Of a DNA stretch of 64,000 bases, positions 10,170-18,280 are shown one piece after another. The stretch is taken from positions 1-64,000 of IMG/VR virus record IMGVR_UViG_3300033074_001354; one strand, written 5' to 3'. Position numbers and translations under genes: made by a program. Within the stretch, counting starts at the first letter, position 1; every line of letters starts with the position of its first letter. Origin of the DNA: a virus. Taxonomy: Duplodnaviria > Caudoviricetes. The notes beneath the pieces were generated by a model. It had not been told where the DNA came from. It ran no database searches and was given only the letters and a program-made list of their open reading frames with translations.

Positions 10170-10233
10170 TGCAGAGCACTCCTTTGTTAAGTTTAAAGTC
10201 TAAAAATGACAATTAAGTGCAGTATTACTGCAA

Positions 10234-10587
10234 TTAATCAAAAATTCTTCTGGTAGCATCTTTGACGAAGTTTATTTCGCCACGTTCTAAGGTTATAAAC
10301 TTACCACCAGTGTCTTCAGAACGAATGTCATAAACATAATTCTTTAAAAGATCTTCAGTGAGACTAGATGAAACGTTGATATTGAACTTGCCATTAGTAG
10401 GATCCGTAAGATCCGTAATGTTCAAAGCAATAACAGCCTCTGCATCTGGAGTATTCCAATCCCGTTTCACGGTAAAATAAAACGTGTATCCTGTTATGTC
10501 GACAACATCACCGTTATGCGTAATTGTGCAATACAGAAGCTGAGAATCTCCACGCACCCAATTACGGGATATAAATTTTGGAGCCAT
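10234..10587 (-). CDS. BppU-like baseplate/tail Ig-like domain protein
   Basis: RGDS...VDITGYTFYFTVK...NGKFNINV...T..L...YVYDI...TLERGEI pattern. Confidence 0.65.
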   Translation of the reverse strand: MAPKFISRNWVRGDSQLLYCTITHNGDVVDITGYTFYFTVKRDWNTPDAEAVIALNITDLTDPTNGKFNINVSSSLTEDLLKNYVYDIRSEDTGGKFITLERGEINFVKDATRRIFD

Positions 10588-10593
10588 ATGATC

Positions 10594-11076
10594 TTATCCT
10601 AATGTAATATCTAAGCGCAATACCCATACTTCATCTTCGGTCTTAGTTCCTTGCGCAGATACTTTTCGATTTAAACATACTGCTGTAGAATCACTGCCAT
10701 TCGCAACCAAGAATTCATTCCAAGCAAAATTAGCTTCGTTCCATTGAAATACTGATTGCCAGGTTGCCACCTGACCATCGCCATACTCTGGAAATCCAGT
10801 GTCCATTTCTTTATAAAGGAAATTCACAAGAGCCTGTGGCCCCGTTTGTGTAGCAGATGCTGCAGTATCAGAATCTCCAACCACCAAATGAGCATACTCA
10901 GAACTAAAAGGTGTGACAGCATCTCCGCACACCAATTCCCACACTTGCTGGATACCAACGTTTAAAAGCAAATTGCCCTTAATCTCATTGACAGCATAAC
11001 TCTTACTAGGGTACTGATCTTTCTTGTACTTTGTAATAGTCCAGGTAACATCTCTTTCAATCATTTTATCTTCCAT
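10594..11076 (-). CDS. Virion structural (tail/collar-associated) protein
   Basis: GNLLLNVG, VGDSDTAASATQT, ATWQSVF..EANFAWNEF motifs resemble phage minor tail proteins. Confidence 0.55.
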   Translation of the reverse strand: MEDKMIERDVTWTITKYKKDQYPSKSYAVNEIKGNLLLNVGIQQVWELVCGDAVTPFSSEYAHLVVGDSDTAASATQTGPQALVNFLYKEMDTGFPEYGDGQVATWQSVFQWNEANFAWNEFLVANGSDSTAVCLNRKVSAQGTKTEDEVWVLRLDITLG

Positions 11077-11093
11077 ATTGCTCCATCAATAGA

Positions 11094-11603
11094 TTATTTC
11101 GCTGTAGGTATAACGAAAAATGAATGATCTTTAATCTTTGTCACAAACTTAGTCTTCTTGAACCAATCCTCAGTCTTGAACTTGGCTACGTCAGCATCTG
11201 TGCCCCAAAATTGTGCACCCTGCACAAAATCCTTACTAGCTGATTCGTCCCAAGCTTTCTGAGCTTGCTTCCATACCCAATCAGGTGGCTGCTTTTTAAA
11301 CTTGCGATGAAGACCATATACACCATGCAATACTCCACGCTTTTTATAATATGGCAACTTGGCACGGTTACGTATGGCAGAAGCCAAAGCTCTCATGCCA
11401 TCAATACCCTGATTCTCTGCCTCACCAACAATAGCACGAACTTCTTTTGGATATTGCTCTTGTTGATGAGAAACATTTGGTGGTGCAGCAGCATTTGCTG
11501 CCATAGGATTAAAGAACATACCACCAATTAATGATGCTGTGGCCAATCCCTTGCCAAAACTAACCTCATTAAGTGCATCAAATAATTCATTATCCATGCT
11601 CAA
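11094..11603 (-). CDS. Cell wall hydrolase, SleB/Hydrolase_2-like
   Basis: RAIVGEAENQGIDGMRALASAIRNR (catalytic Glu), GAQFW, KIKDHSFF. Confidence 0.75.
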   Translation of the reverse strand: MSMDNELFDALNEVSFGKGLATASLIGGMFFNPMAANAAAPPNVSHQQEQYPKEVRAIVGEAENQGIDGMRALASAIRNRAKLPYYKKRGVLHGVYGLHRKFKKQPPDWVWKQAQKAWDESASKDFVQGAQFWGTDADVAKFKTEDWFKKTKFVTKIKDHSFFVIPTAK

Positions 11604-11887
11604 TCCTTTATTTCCAAAAGAATTTCCCCAATCTTTTCATACAGCATATGACACAGCACAGAATATTCAGTATGCCCATGCTCGCATTCAATGACTGACC
11701 AAGTCAACAATGAAGAATAACCTTTCATCTTCACATAAGGATTAGTCTCTCCAGCTAGTATCTTCTGGAAAGTCGCATACACGGGCTTTCCTTTAAGTTT
11801 TTCTAGAAGATTTTGGAGGAGTATCTTTTCCGTCATCCTTGTCTCCTTTGCGCTTATCATCAGGATCTTTTCCTGTATCATCCTCAT
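11600..11887 (-). CDS. Hypothetical protein
   Basis: ORF between co-oriented genes; the true start is probably an internal Met. Confidence 0.55.
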   Translation of the reverse strand: MRMIQEKILMISAKETRMTEKILLQNLLEKLKGKPVYATFQKILAGETNPYVKMKGYSSLLTWSVIECEHGHTEYSVLCHMLYEKIGEILLEIKD

Positions 11888-12680
11888 CCTCTGGCTTTTC
11901 CTGAGCAGGCTTAGGCTCCACGGCAGATGGCTTCTCTACTTTACGTGGAGGATCCTCAGATTTGTTTGGAGCCTTCGTAGTGGATGCAGCGCCCGTTTTC
12001 CCTTGCTGTGGAGCTGTATCCTTAGAAGTATCAGGTTTTGTAGATTTGCCAAACTTCTCGTCTTCTTTCTTCTTAAGGAAGTTCTTAATGTTTGCAATAC
12101 GCTTCATCTCATTACGAACAGCGTCAACAACTTTGTTTACTGTCTCCATGTGGTATTTCTTAATAAATGTGGCCATAGTGCCAGTGTACATTGGCAATCG
12201 ACCCATCAAAACGGCAAGATGCTTACAATATCTGCCATACTGATTTGGATTTCTAATATCTGGTCTACGAACTTCTGGTTCCGTATACTTGGCGCCTCTC
12301 TTTGTCAGTATATATGCAGATCCCCAATACTGAAAGCTTGGATCACTGCAGTATAGCTGTATCTTACAATCTGTCATGCATAGATGCGCCAACTTTCGCA
12401 AATCTACAGTAGTCTTTTCCTTATTCCAAATTTGGCGATTGCGAACATGTTTCCTAATTGTCTCATCAAAATCAACAAAATTTACAGCCATCTCATATGT
12501 GCCATTGCCTGAGCTTGATGCAACCTTAAACGTCCAACGGTCTGGCTGCATTCCAGTCATACGAATACCACCAGCGTTTTCTACATCTCGGACTCTATTG
12601 TAAAATGTGGGGAATAATTTAGTGACTGAGCTTTGACCACGTAAGAGATCTTTATAATTATCTTCTAGAAGAGTATACAT
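11793..12680 (-). CDS. SWIM-like zinc-finger protein with disordered C-terminus
   Basis: FKVASSSGNGTYEM, YCSDPSFQYWG...RYCKHL. Confidence 0.6.
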   Translation of the reverse strand: MYTLLEDNYKDLLRGQSSVTKLFPTFYNRVRDVENAGGIRMTGMQPDRWTFKVASSSGNGTYEMAVNFVDFDETIRKHVRNRQIWNKEKTTVDLRKLAHLCMTDCKIQLYCSDPSFQYWGSAYILTKRGAKYTEPEVRRPDIRNPNQYGRYCKHLAVLMGRLPMYTGTMATFIKKYHMETVNKVVDAVRNEMKRIANIKNFLKKKEDEKFGKSTKPDTSKDTAPQQGKTGAASTTKAPNKSEDPPRKVEKPSAVEPKPAQEKPEDEDDTGKDPDDKRKGDKDDGKDTPPKSSRKT

Positions 12681-13432
12681 TAGAATTCCATAATCCTTGT
12701 CTTTACAGCCTGAGTATCCTCAAGTTCGTGCTCCCAGATCACTAGTGTCCTGTATCCATATTTAGCATAATGTTCTATACGAACAGAAGGATCTTCACCT
12801 TTGTGCCAATAATCACCAAACATTTCTATAATCTTCTTGTCTATAGCATCTATAAAATCAGGATTCTTCCTAGCTATCCAAAATTGATAATCGCCGACAT
12901 ACTTCCAATGGCCTGGCGCTATCTCATTCAACAATGCCAGTAAAGCAATCTCTGGTTTGTTTGGCTTTATATTATGTGCTTCAACTTGTTTGCGCTGGAA
13001 TTCAGGATCATTCCAAAGTTTCTCCATTGCAGCCAGATGCTTATTCATCTTAACTGGATCAGAGTACTGTTGAGCTGATGCGCTTCTCATGGCACGCATC
13101 TCTGCAGCCTTTACAGGACCATAGAGATCTTCGTATGAACGACCACGCAATGCTGCGGATTGTTTGACTTTAGTCTCTTCTTTTGTGACTCTTGCTCTTC
13201 TTTTCTGTATCATTCTATCTGCTATCTCTTTACCATGTATTTCTTGCAAAGTCTTACCTTTATTGGAATTATGCCATACATGTGATGATAGCTTAGCACT
13301 ACAAGACTTAGAACATGTTTTCTTCCTTGCATAACCAAAGCACTCTTTAGAGCACACTATACAATTCTTTTTGAACCACTTAGTTGTACCTGCTTTATTC
13401 TTTCTTCCTGTCTTTCTGCCTAGAGCATGCAT
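12680..13432 (-). CDS. Putative homing endonuclease (zinc finger + NUMOD3-like + Vsr/DUF559-like nuclease)
   Basis: CIVC..CSKSC, KGKTLQEIHG / RGRSYEDLYG repeats, NPDF...IIEMFGDYWH...GYRTLVIWEHE. Confidence 0.75.
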   Translation of the reverse strand: MHALGRKTGRKNKAGTTKWFKKNCIVCSKECFGYARKKTCSKSCSAKLSSHVWHNSNKGKTLQEIHGKEIADRMIQKRRARVTKEETKVKQSAALRGRSYEDLYGPVKAAEMRAMRSASAQQYSDPVKMNKHLAAMEKLWNDPEFQRKQVEAHNIKPNKPEIALLALLNEIAPGHWKYVGDYQFWIARKNPDFIDAIDKKIIEMFGDYWHKGEDPSVRIEHYAKYGYRTLVIWEHELEDTQAVKTRIMEF

Positions 13433-13438
13433 ATTATA

Positions 13439-14149
13439 TTAAAACCGCCTCGCGCAAACAACCCATCTACCATTTTCTGCCAGTTCAACTTGGAGTTCTT
13501 TCATCATTTCACGACCCTCGTTTATCATCTGTTGCCCGTCGTTCTTTACTCCAATGATATCAGATTTTCTTAATAGGTTGCCCTCAGTCTGCATCAACAA
13601 TGATTTTGCGTATCTCTGCACCCAATCAATAATATAGAAAGACGGCTCATCCCAATCATTTATCAATCTCTTAGTGCCAACAACACATAATTGCTGAGCA
13701 AGCGAGGGTATATTATTAACGTACAAGTAATTAGGAACGTACAAAGGGTCATCTTCTTCAAGATCAGCTGTATCAGATCTTTGAAACGTCCACTGAAAAT
13801 CTTTGCCTAAATAGACATACCAATCGTTGTACGATTGTGATAGCATGATCAGATCAGAGCTCATTCCTCCAAGAACAGCTATACCTAGTAATGACCAAAT
13901 TGGATAATTGCCAACAATATTGACGGGTTTAGCAGATGGATAAACGGCGACAACTGAGTTGTATTGTGCATTGATGGCAACTCTGGGTGTGGAAGCATCC
14001 ACCATAGTCACATACTTGTATGCTGAATAATTATTCCAATATCTGACAGCATTATCAACTATCTGCTGAAGTGTTGTATCTGGAGTGGCAAGCTGTAGAG
14101 GAGCGAATTCATTTTGTAGCCAAGTAATAATTTTGCTAGCGTCAGCCAT
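13439..14149 (-). CDS. Neck/head-completion protein (T4 gp13-like)
   Basis: DWVQRYAKSLLMQTEG...DGQQMINEGREMMKEL resembles the gp13-family C-terminus; structural gene context. Confidence 0.6.
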   Translation of the reverse strand: MADASKIITWLQNEFAPLQLATPDTTLQQIVDNAVRYWNNYSAYKYVTMVDASTPRVAINAQYNSVVAVYPSAKPVNIVGNYPIWSLLGIAVLGGMSSDLIMLSQSYNDWYVYLGKDFQWTFQRSDTADLEEDDPLYVPNYLYVNNIPSLAQQLCVVGTKRLINDWDEPSFYIIDWVQRYAKSLLMQTEGNLLRKSDIIGVKNDGQQMINEGREMMKELQVELAENGRWVVCARRF

Positions 14150-14217
14150 GTGTATAATCCTAGTGCGTTAGGGCACACTGGATTATAAATCCTTACACTA
14201 GTCAAGTTGGAATGTGC

Positions 14218-14247
14218 TGATAGACAGACGGGTAAGTCTGTCTATCA
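14218..14247 (-). terminator. Strong intergenic hairpin, possible terminator
   Basis: 12-bp inverted repeat TGATAGACAGAC/GTCTGTCTATCA right after the stop of 14252..14623; no U-tract on the minus strand. Confidence 0.5.
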
Positions 14248-14251
14248 CATT

Positions 14252-14623
14252 TTATGCAATCTTCGAGGCGTTACTATCTTTGACAATGTTTAAGGCTCTT
14301 TTCAGCCAGATCTTTGCAGCGTCATTACAATCAAAATCCTCTCCTCGTTCTAAGCAATCTAAGACACCCTGTACTCTATCAACATAAATATACACGTAGC
14401 CTTGATCTTCGTGCAATTCAAGCTTTAATAAATCGTCTTTTGGCTTGAGCTCTATTCCTGCCAGCTTATGAAAATCTGGATCCTCCTCACCATCCCACAA
14501 TATAGGAAGCCACCACTGTTCTATAAACACTGGCTCTCCTACTGCAGTGCCACTATTGCCTGCTCCACTCCATCCACATTTGATTCTTACTCTTGCATTC
14601 TTCCAAGGTTTGTCACCGTTCAT
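14252..14623 (-). CDS. Hypothetical protein
   Basis: ORF in an ATGA-coupled chain. Confidence 0.6.
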   Translation of the reverse strand: MNGDKPWKNARVRIKCGWSGAGNSGTAVGEPVFIEQWWLPILWDGEEDPDFHKLAGIELKPKDDLLKLELHEDQGYVYIYVDRVQGVLDCLERGEDFDCNDAAKIWLKRALNIVKDSNASKIA

Positions 14624-14841
14624 TCTGAGCCTCCTGTCATAACCATATCCTGATCAAATTCATCTGCATCATCTTCAGTCTCATACCACTCGTGCTGCGG
14701 AGGACGGCATCCTTTATGATGCACAACTAATTTAGGGCTGATTAATGAACTCGCCCCACACGAATTACAAGCCCACACATCAAAGCCATCCGTTTCCTTA
14801 TTGCATACCTTTTCCACTTCAACTTTCCACATATCGGTCAT
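14620..14841 (-). CDS. Hypothetical small Cys/His protein
   Basis: ATGA-coupled; CNSC...HHKGC. Confidence 0.6.
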   Translation of the reverse strand: MTDMWKVEVEKVCNKETDGFDVWACNSCGASSLISPKLVVHHKGCRPPQHEWYETEDDADEFDQDMVMTGGSE

Positions 14842-15074
14842 TCCGCACCGCCTTCCGCTAGGGCAACAGTAGCCTTTTCTCTGCTAGAGCATCCTTTTCT
14901 TGGATAAGGCAAGGTGATTTCGACGTTATTCACAAGCAAAGTTTTGAATTTTTCCGGGCTAAGACAACATGGACATTTTGACCCGTCATGTCCGATTGTT
15001 GCGAAAACTATGTACTCATGCCCGCAGTCGCAAACACAATTTGCGATGAACGTACCCTGTGATATTATTTTCAT
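14838..15074 (-). CDS. Hypothetical zinc-ribbon protein
   Basis: CDCGH...CPCC; ATGA-coupled. Confidence 0.6.
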   Translation of the reverse strand: MKIISQGTFIANCVCDCGHEYIVFATIGHDGSKCPCCLSPEKFKTLLVNNVEITLPYPRKGCSSREKATVALAEGGAE

Positions 15075-15528
15075 TCCACACCGCCTTCCACTAGGGAAAG
15101 GGCTTTGTCAATAACCTTTAGTGTATTTTTATACTGCCAAGCAGGGACGTGGTAGCGTTCCAGCTGACTGCCCAATGCTACAATAGCTTGCCTCGCATGC
15201 TTTAAGTTATTCTTAAGCCTATCGTGGCTATTCACGGCTCTTACGATTAGTTCGGCGTTTGCTACTACCTCTGCACTTTCTCCCTCGCTTGTTTTAAATT
15301 CCTGGCTGTAAACTTTTCGACACTCTGCTACTACGCCGCTTTCCGGGCTCATAATCACCGCTTTGCTTTTGTGATGTAAGCTCCAAGGTCTTGGTGTTGC
15401 TTTATCCGTCTGCTTATCAGGGTTTAGACTATCGGTGGGTTTAGACTATCGGTAGGTTTAAGATTACCACATACACAGCGTATGCGTAATCCTCGTTTGC
15501 CGTACGTGCATTTATGAACTTGACTCAT
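15071..15528 (-). pseudogene. Phage TPxPW...ANAxLI family gene frameshifted by a 17-bp tandem duplication
   Basis: The GGAGG-preceded ATG at 15528 hits TAA inside the duplication. Removing one copy fuses it in frame to 15071..15358, giving ...KATPRPW...VVANAELIVRAVNSHDRL. Confidence 0.75.
15420..15453. repeat. Exact 17-bp tandem duplication GGGTTTAGACTATCGGT x2
   Basis: 15420-15436 is identical to 15437-15453. Confidence 0.95.
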
Positions 15529-15565
15529 ATTGGGGCCTCCTTAGTTGTAAAGCATTCAACACTTC

Positions 15566-15589
15566 ATAGAAACGTGATGATCTATTGCA
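15566..15589 (-). promoter_or_regulatory. Candidate phage promoter TGCA-N12-GTTTCTAT
   Basis: Exact copies of the motif with the same spacing at 49162, 51005 and 62025, all intergenic. Confidence 0.7.
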
Positions 15590-15598
15590 TACTGCAGT

Positions 15599-16330
15599 TC
15601 ATACATCAATATGGCCTGTATTGTGCACCATTCTGCTTAATACATTCTTCTCTGACTGAACTCTTTGTGCCAAAGACAATTCTTCATGTGATTCTTTATT
15701 GTAGTATACCTGATTGAAATATGAATTTCTATTCTTGTTAGAATTAAAGACATTTGATTTAAATGTAGTAATATCATACTCCACTTTGCACCAATCCAAT
15801 AGTGCCTTTACATTATCCTCAAAATGCAAATCCTCAACATCAACAAAATACACGTCATGACCTAATTCTTTTATCCTCTTAGCTCTGGCCTCTACTTCAT
15901 AGCACAACCATAGGCATAACCCATAGTCATCAATACTATCAACATCATTCAACAATATACAATTTGTATCATCTGTCGGAATTGGATGATATGACAATCC
16001 TCTTGGTGTTCTGCCTGGCACGCCATTTAACCTATACCAGGAATATGCAGTGTTATGAAACTCACGCTTAAGATAAATAAATCTGGCTCCCATATTTGCC
16101 AGAATATGGAGATAACCATTCTTAGTCTGTAAGTTGGTATCTATGTATGTATCTGGTAATGACTCCCACACGTCATTGGCTATTTTGCGCCTTTCAGATA
16201 TATCCCTTGGGCTTAGCACTAATGGCTCGATCTCTGCTGTTCTTATGCCACAACACTCCTTGAATATAGATGAAAGGTAATGTATTCCAGATCTGCCAGT
16301 TGCTATAGTGAATATTTTATTATTTAACAA
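15599..16330 (-). CDS. Sulfotransferase-like P-loop protein
   Basis: IFTIATGRSGIHYL, ARFIYLKR...TAYSW. Confidence 0.7.
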   Translation of the reverse strand: MLNNKIFTIATGRSGIHYLSSIFKECCGIRTAEIEPLVLSPRDISERRKIANDVWESLPDTYIDTNLQTKNGYLHILANMGARFIYLKREFHNTAYSWYRLNGVPGRTPRGLSYHPIPTDDTNCILLNDVDSIDDYGLCLWLCYEVEARAKRIKELGHDVYFVDVEDLHFEDNVKALLDWCKVEYDITTFKSNVFNSNKNRNSYFNQVYYNKESHEELSLAQRVQSEKNVLSRMVHNTGHIDV

Positions 16331-16376
16331 ACGATTACTCCTTTAGTTATTAAATTGAATATTGTAAATGTTGATA

Positions 16377-16524
16377 CAAGTGTTCCGGCAGGATTCGAAC
16401 CTGCTCTGCGAGATATTCGGCGTCTACGTTGCCACGTAGCCTATTGGAGTCGGCTAGCTTCCTCATTTTGTACGCTTCTCGCTATTCCGATATGCGTTTT
16501 CACCAGAACGCCACGAAACACTTG
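16377..16524 (-). ncRNA. tRNA-framed ncRNA A1 with large insert
   Basis: Extended acceptor CAAGTGTTTCG/CGGAACACTTG, D-like arm GCGT..TGG..ACGC, canonical T arm GCAGG-TTCGAAT-CCTGC, ~90-nt structured insert in place of the anticodon and variable arms. Confidence 0.7.
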
Positions 16525-16529
16525 CACAC

Positions 16530-16611
16530 TGGTGAGAGAGTTGCGCAGGGGCAGGTGGTTGGCTTCCCAAAATTACTGGCGCTTTCTCAACTCCTGAGTC
16601 CCATCTCTCTC
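16530..16611 (-). ncRNA. tRNA-like ncRNA A2 with encoded CCA end
   Basis: 7-bp terminal stem GAGAGAG/CTCTCTC followed by A-CCA; interior is non-canonical. Confidence 0.55.
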
Positions 16612-16616
16612 ATAAC

Positions 16617-16715
16617 TGGTGCCCGTCAGGCGAATCGAACACCTTGTTCGGCCTCCAAGCATCTCTTGTCTATAGCCAAGATTCTCTCTTCGTAGGCTCT
16701 GCACCCAGCACGGGC
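16617..16715 (-). ncRNA. tRNA-like ncRNA A3 with encoded CCA end
   Basis: GCCCGTG/GACGGGC-A-CCA acceptor, T arm AGGTG-TTCGATT-CGCCT, internal hairpin TCTTG/CAAGA; 99 nt. Confidence 0.65.
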
Positions 16716-16725
16716 ATAAAATTGA

Positions 16726-16836
16726 TGGCCGGGGTAGGGAGTTTCACCCATTTACCGCTTCTAAAGTTTCAGTTACTTATGCCTGAGCCCGGTTCAACTC
16801 GGCTGGCTGAAACTCTACGCCTATACGCTCCCGGCC
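16726..16836 (-). ncRNA. tRNA-framed ncRNA A4
   Basis: GGCCGGG/CCCGGCC-A acceptor, T-like hairpin GGG-TGAAACT-CCC, long inner stem TAGAGTTTCAG/CTGAAACTTTA. Confidence 0.6.
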
Positions 16837-16850
16837 TTGAAACTCATTGT

Positions 16851-17276
16851 CTAGTGATAGACATCATATTTATCTGTATTGAGTTTTGATTTTTTCTTCA
16901 AATCTTTGTAGTAATCAAAGGTTTGTATGGGTTGTTTTTCTGCTACCTTTGATACTGTGTAAGTAGACACAAACTCATACTCAACTAGCCTCACTTGGAT
17001 TCTAACAGAGTCCGCTTCTGCTAGTAACCAATATGCCAGAGACATTGCTGCATCGTGCTCCAGGTATCCATGATATTTGGCCTGTGCATCATGTATGTTA
17101 TTTGGCACGCCAATTCTTGCAGTAATTGTCCTAACTGGACGCCATGTTCCATCAATTGTCATACTTCCTATTTGAATAGGAGGATTACTGGGGTACACAA
17201 GGCGTGCTTCAAGAGAGTAAACTGTTGATGTTGACTGGCCTGTCCTAATTACTCTTTCTTCCTTTGGCTTGGCCAT
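16851..17276 (-). CDS. Hypothetical protein
   Basis: 141-aa ORF with AAGGA RBS. Confidence 0.65.
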   Translation of the reverse strand: MAKPKEERVIRTGQSTSTVYSLEARLVYPSNPPIQIGSMTIDGTWRPVRTITARIGVPNNIHDAQAKYHGYLEHDAAMSLAYWLLAEADSVRIQVRLVEYEFVSTYTVSKVAEKQPIQTFDYYKDLKKKSKLNTDKYDVYH

Positions 17277-17277
17277 A

Positions 17278-17445
17278 CTATCCTTTCTTCAAAAATTGTA
17301 GATGGGCATTATCGTATGTCATCAGTTTACCATGATATTGAATCTTTACCCTAGTCTTTAGAATTTCCTTGATGACACCAGTCTGCCAGTATCCATCGAG
17401 GTAATCTTTGACTTTTTTACCAACTCGTAACTGTTCTCTTTTCAT
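17278..17445 (-). CDS. Small SH3/Tudor-like hypothetical protein
   Basis: Manual translation MKREQLRVGKKVKDYLDGYWQTGVIKEILKTRVKIQYHG... (55 aa, below the ORF-track cutoff). Confidence 0.55.
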   Translation of the reverse strand: MKREQLRVGKKVKDYLDGYWQTGVIKEILKTRVKIQYHGKLMTYDNAHLQFLKKG

Positions 17446-17498
17446 ACACTATAGAGTAACGTCACGCAGTGCTGGATTGATCACTTATGAGACAACCA

Positions 17499-17702
17499 TT
17501 ACTTCTTTGAACCTTGAAGCCTCAATAAAATTTTCTTCCAATTATTTATATTTTTAGCTCCTAGTCTTCTTGCTAATTTAGCATCAGCATCGTTTTTAGA
17601 AAAATGATCATAAGCCAAAATATACTCATCCTCATACTGGATTGCATAGCGTAAAGCAAGACGAATATATCTTATTTCTCTCTTACAAAGCTTCAAACTC
17701 AT
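17499..17702 (-). CDS. Hypothetical protein
   Basis: 67-aa ORF with GGGAGG RBS. Confidence 0.6.
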   Translation of the reverse strand: MSLKLCKREIRYIRLALRYAIQYEDEYILAYDHFSKNDADAKLARRLGAKNINNWKKILLRLQGSKK

Positions 17703-17726
17703 TCCTCCCAGTTGAAAATAAAGACT

Positions 17727-17879
17727 GCCCCAGCTGGATTTCTCACGTCCAAAGAGTGTCCTTCAAGGCTTGCGAGGCTATACGACACTCCCCTATATAT
17801 GACCGGGATTAGGCTTAATAAAACTGTCATCAGTAGCAATCTGACAACTCGTGCTCAATCGGGATCACAGGACTGGGGC
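17727..17879 (-). ncRNA. Structured leader or ncRNA
   Basis: Terminal stem GCCCCAG/CTGGGGC, inner stems GAGTGTC/GACACTC and TGTCA/TGACA, directly downstream of a sigma70-type promoter. Confidence 0.5.
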
Positions 17880-17905
17880 TTTTACATTGTATATTTGTAT
17901 GACAT

Positions 17906-17933
17906 AGTATATCTCACCAATCCTCAATGTCAA
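17906..17933 (-). promoter_or_regulatory. Sigma70-type promoter
   Basis: TTGACA-16 nt-TATACT on the minus strand, in intergenic DNA. Confidence 0.7.
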
Positions 17934-18280
17934 CAAAATCTTCAGGAGGTAGTTCAACTTTTATTTCCGGGTTTCGACACCAACACAAACACACATCAGA
18001 AGAGCAGTTCTCATGTTCTCCATTAGCACAATCTACGCATTCAATCACGGGAGACCTTCTTGTCAACTTTTCGTTATTTTCTTTCAACACCTGATAGAAA
18101 CGTTACTCACTACTCTGCGGCATATCCACATATCTGCATATTGCAATCATGGCATCTGCCAGTTTCTATATCGACAAAGTAATGCCTGCAATCATCTGGC
18201 AATCTCGTATTAGGCATATCTCTAAACTGGCTGAGTATGTATATTAATTGTTCTGAATCCATAGAGGCTCCTTTGCTGTA

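Noticed and set aside
16726-16836. tmRNA or selenocysteine tRNA assignment for array units
   Set aside because: The units are too short for tmRNA, with no tag ORF recognised, and I found no UCA anticodon in a canonical arm.
16355-16889. Plus-strand ORFs 16355, 16429 and 16644
   Set aside because: They overlap the structured ncRNA array, are on the wrong strand and have no protein-like features.
17712-18213. Plus-strand ORFs 17712..18026 and 18013..18213
   Set aside because: They overlap a minus-strand promoter, a structured RNA and a small minus-strand ORF, and have no RBS.
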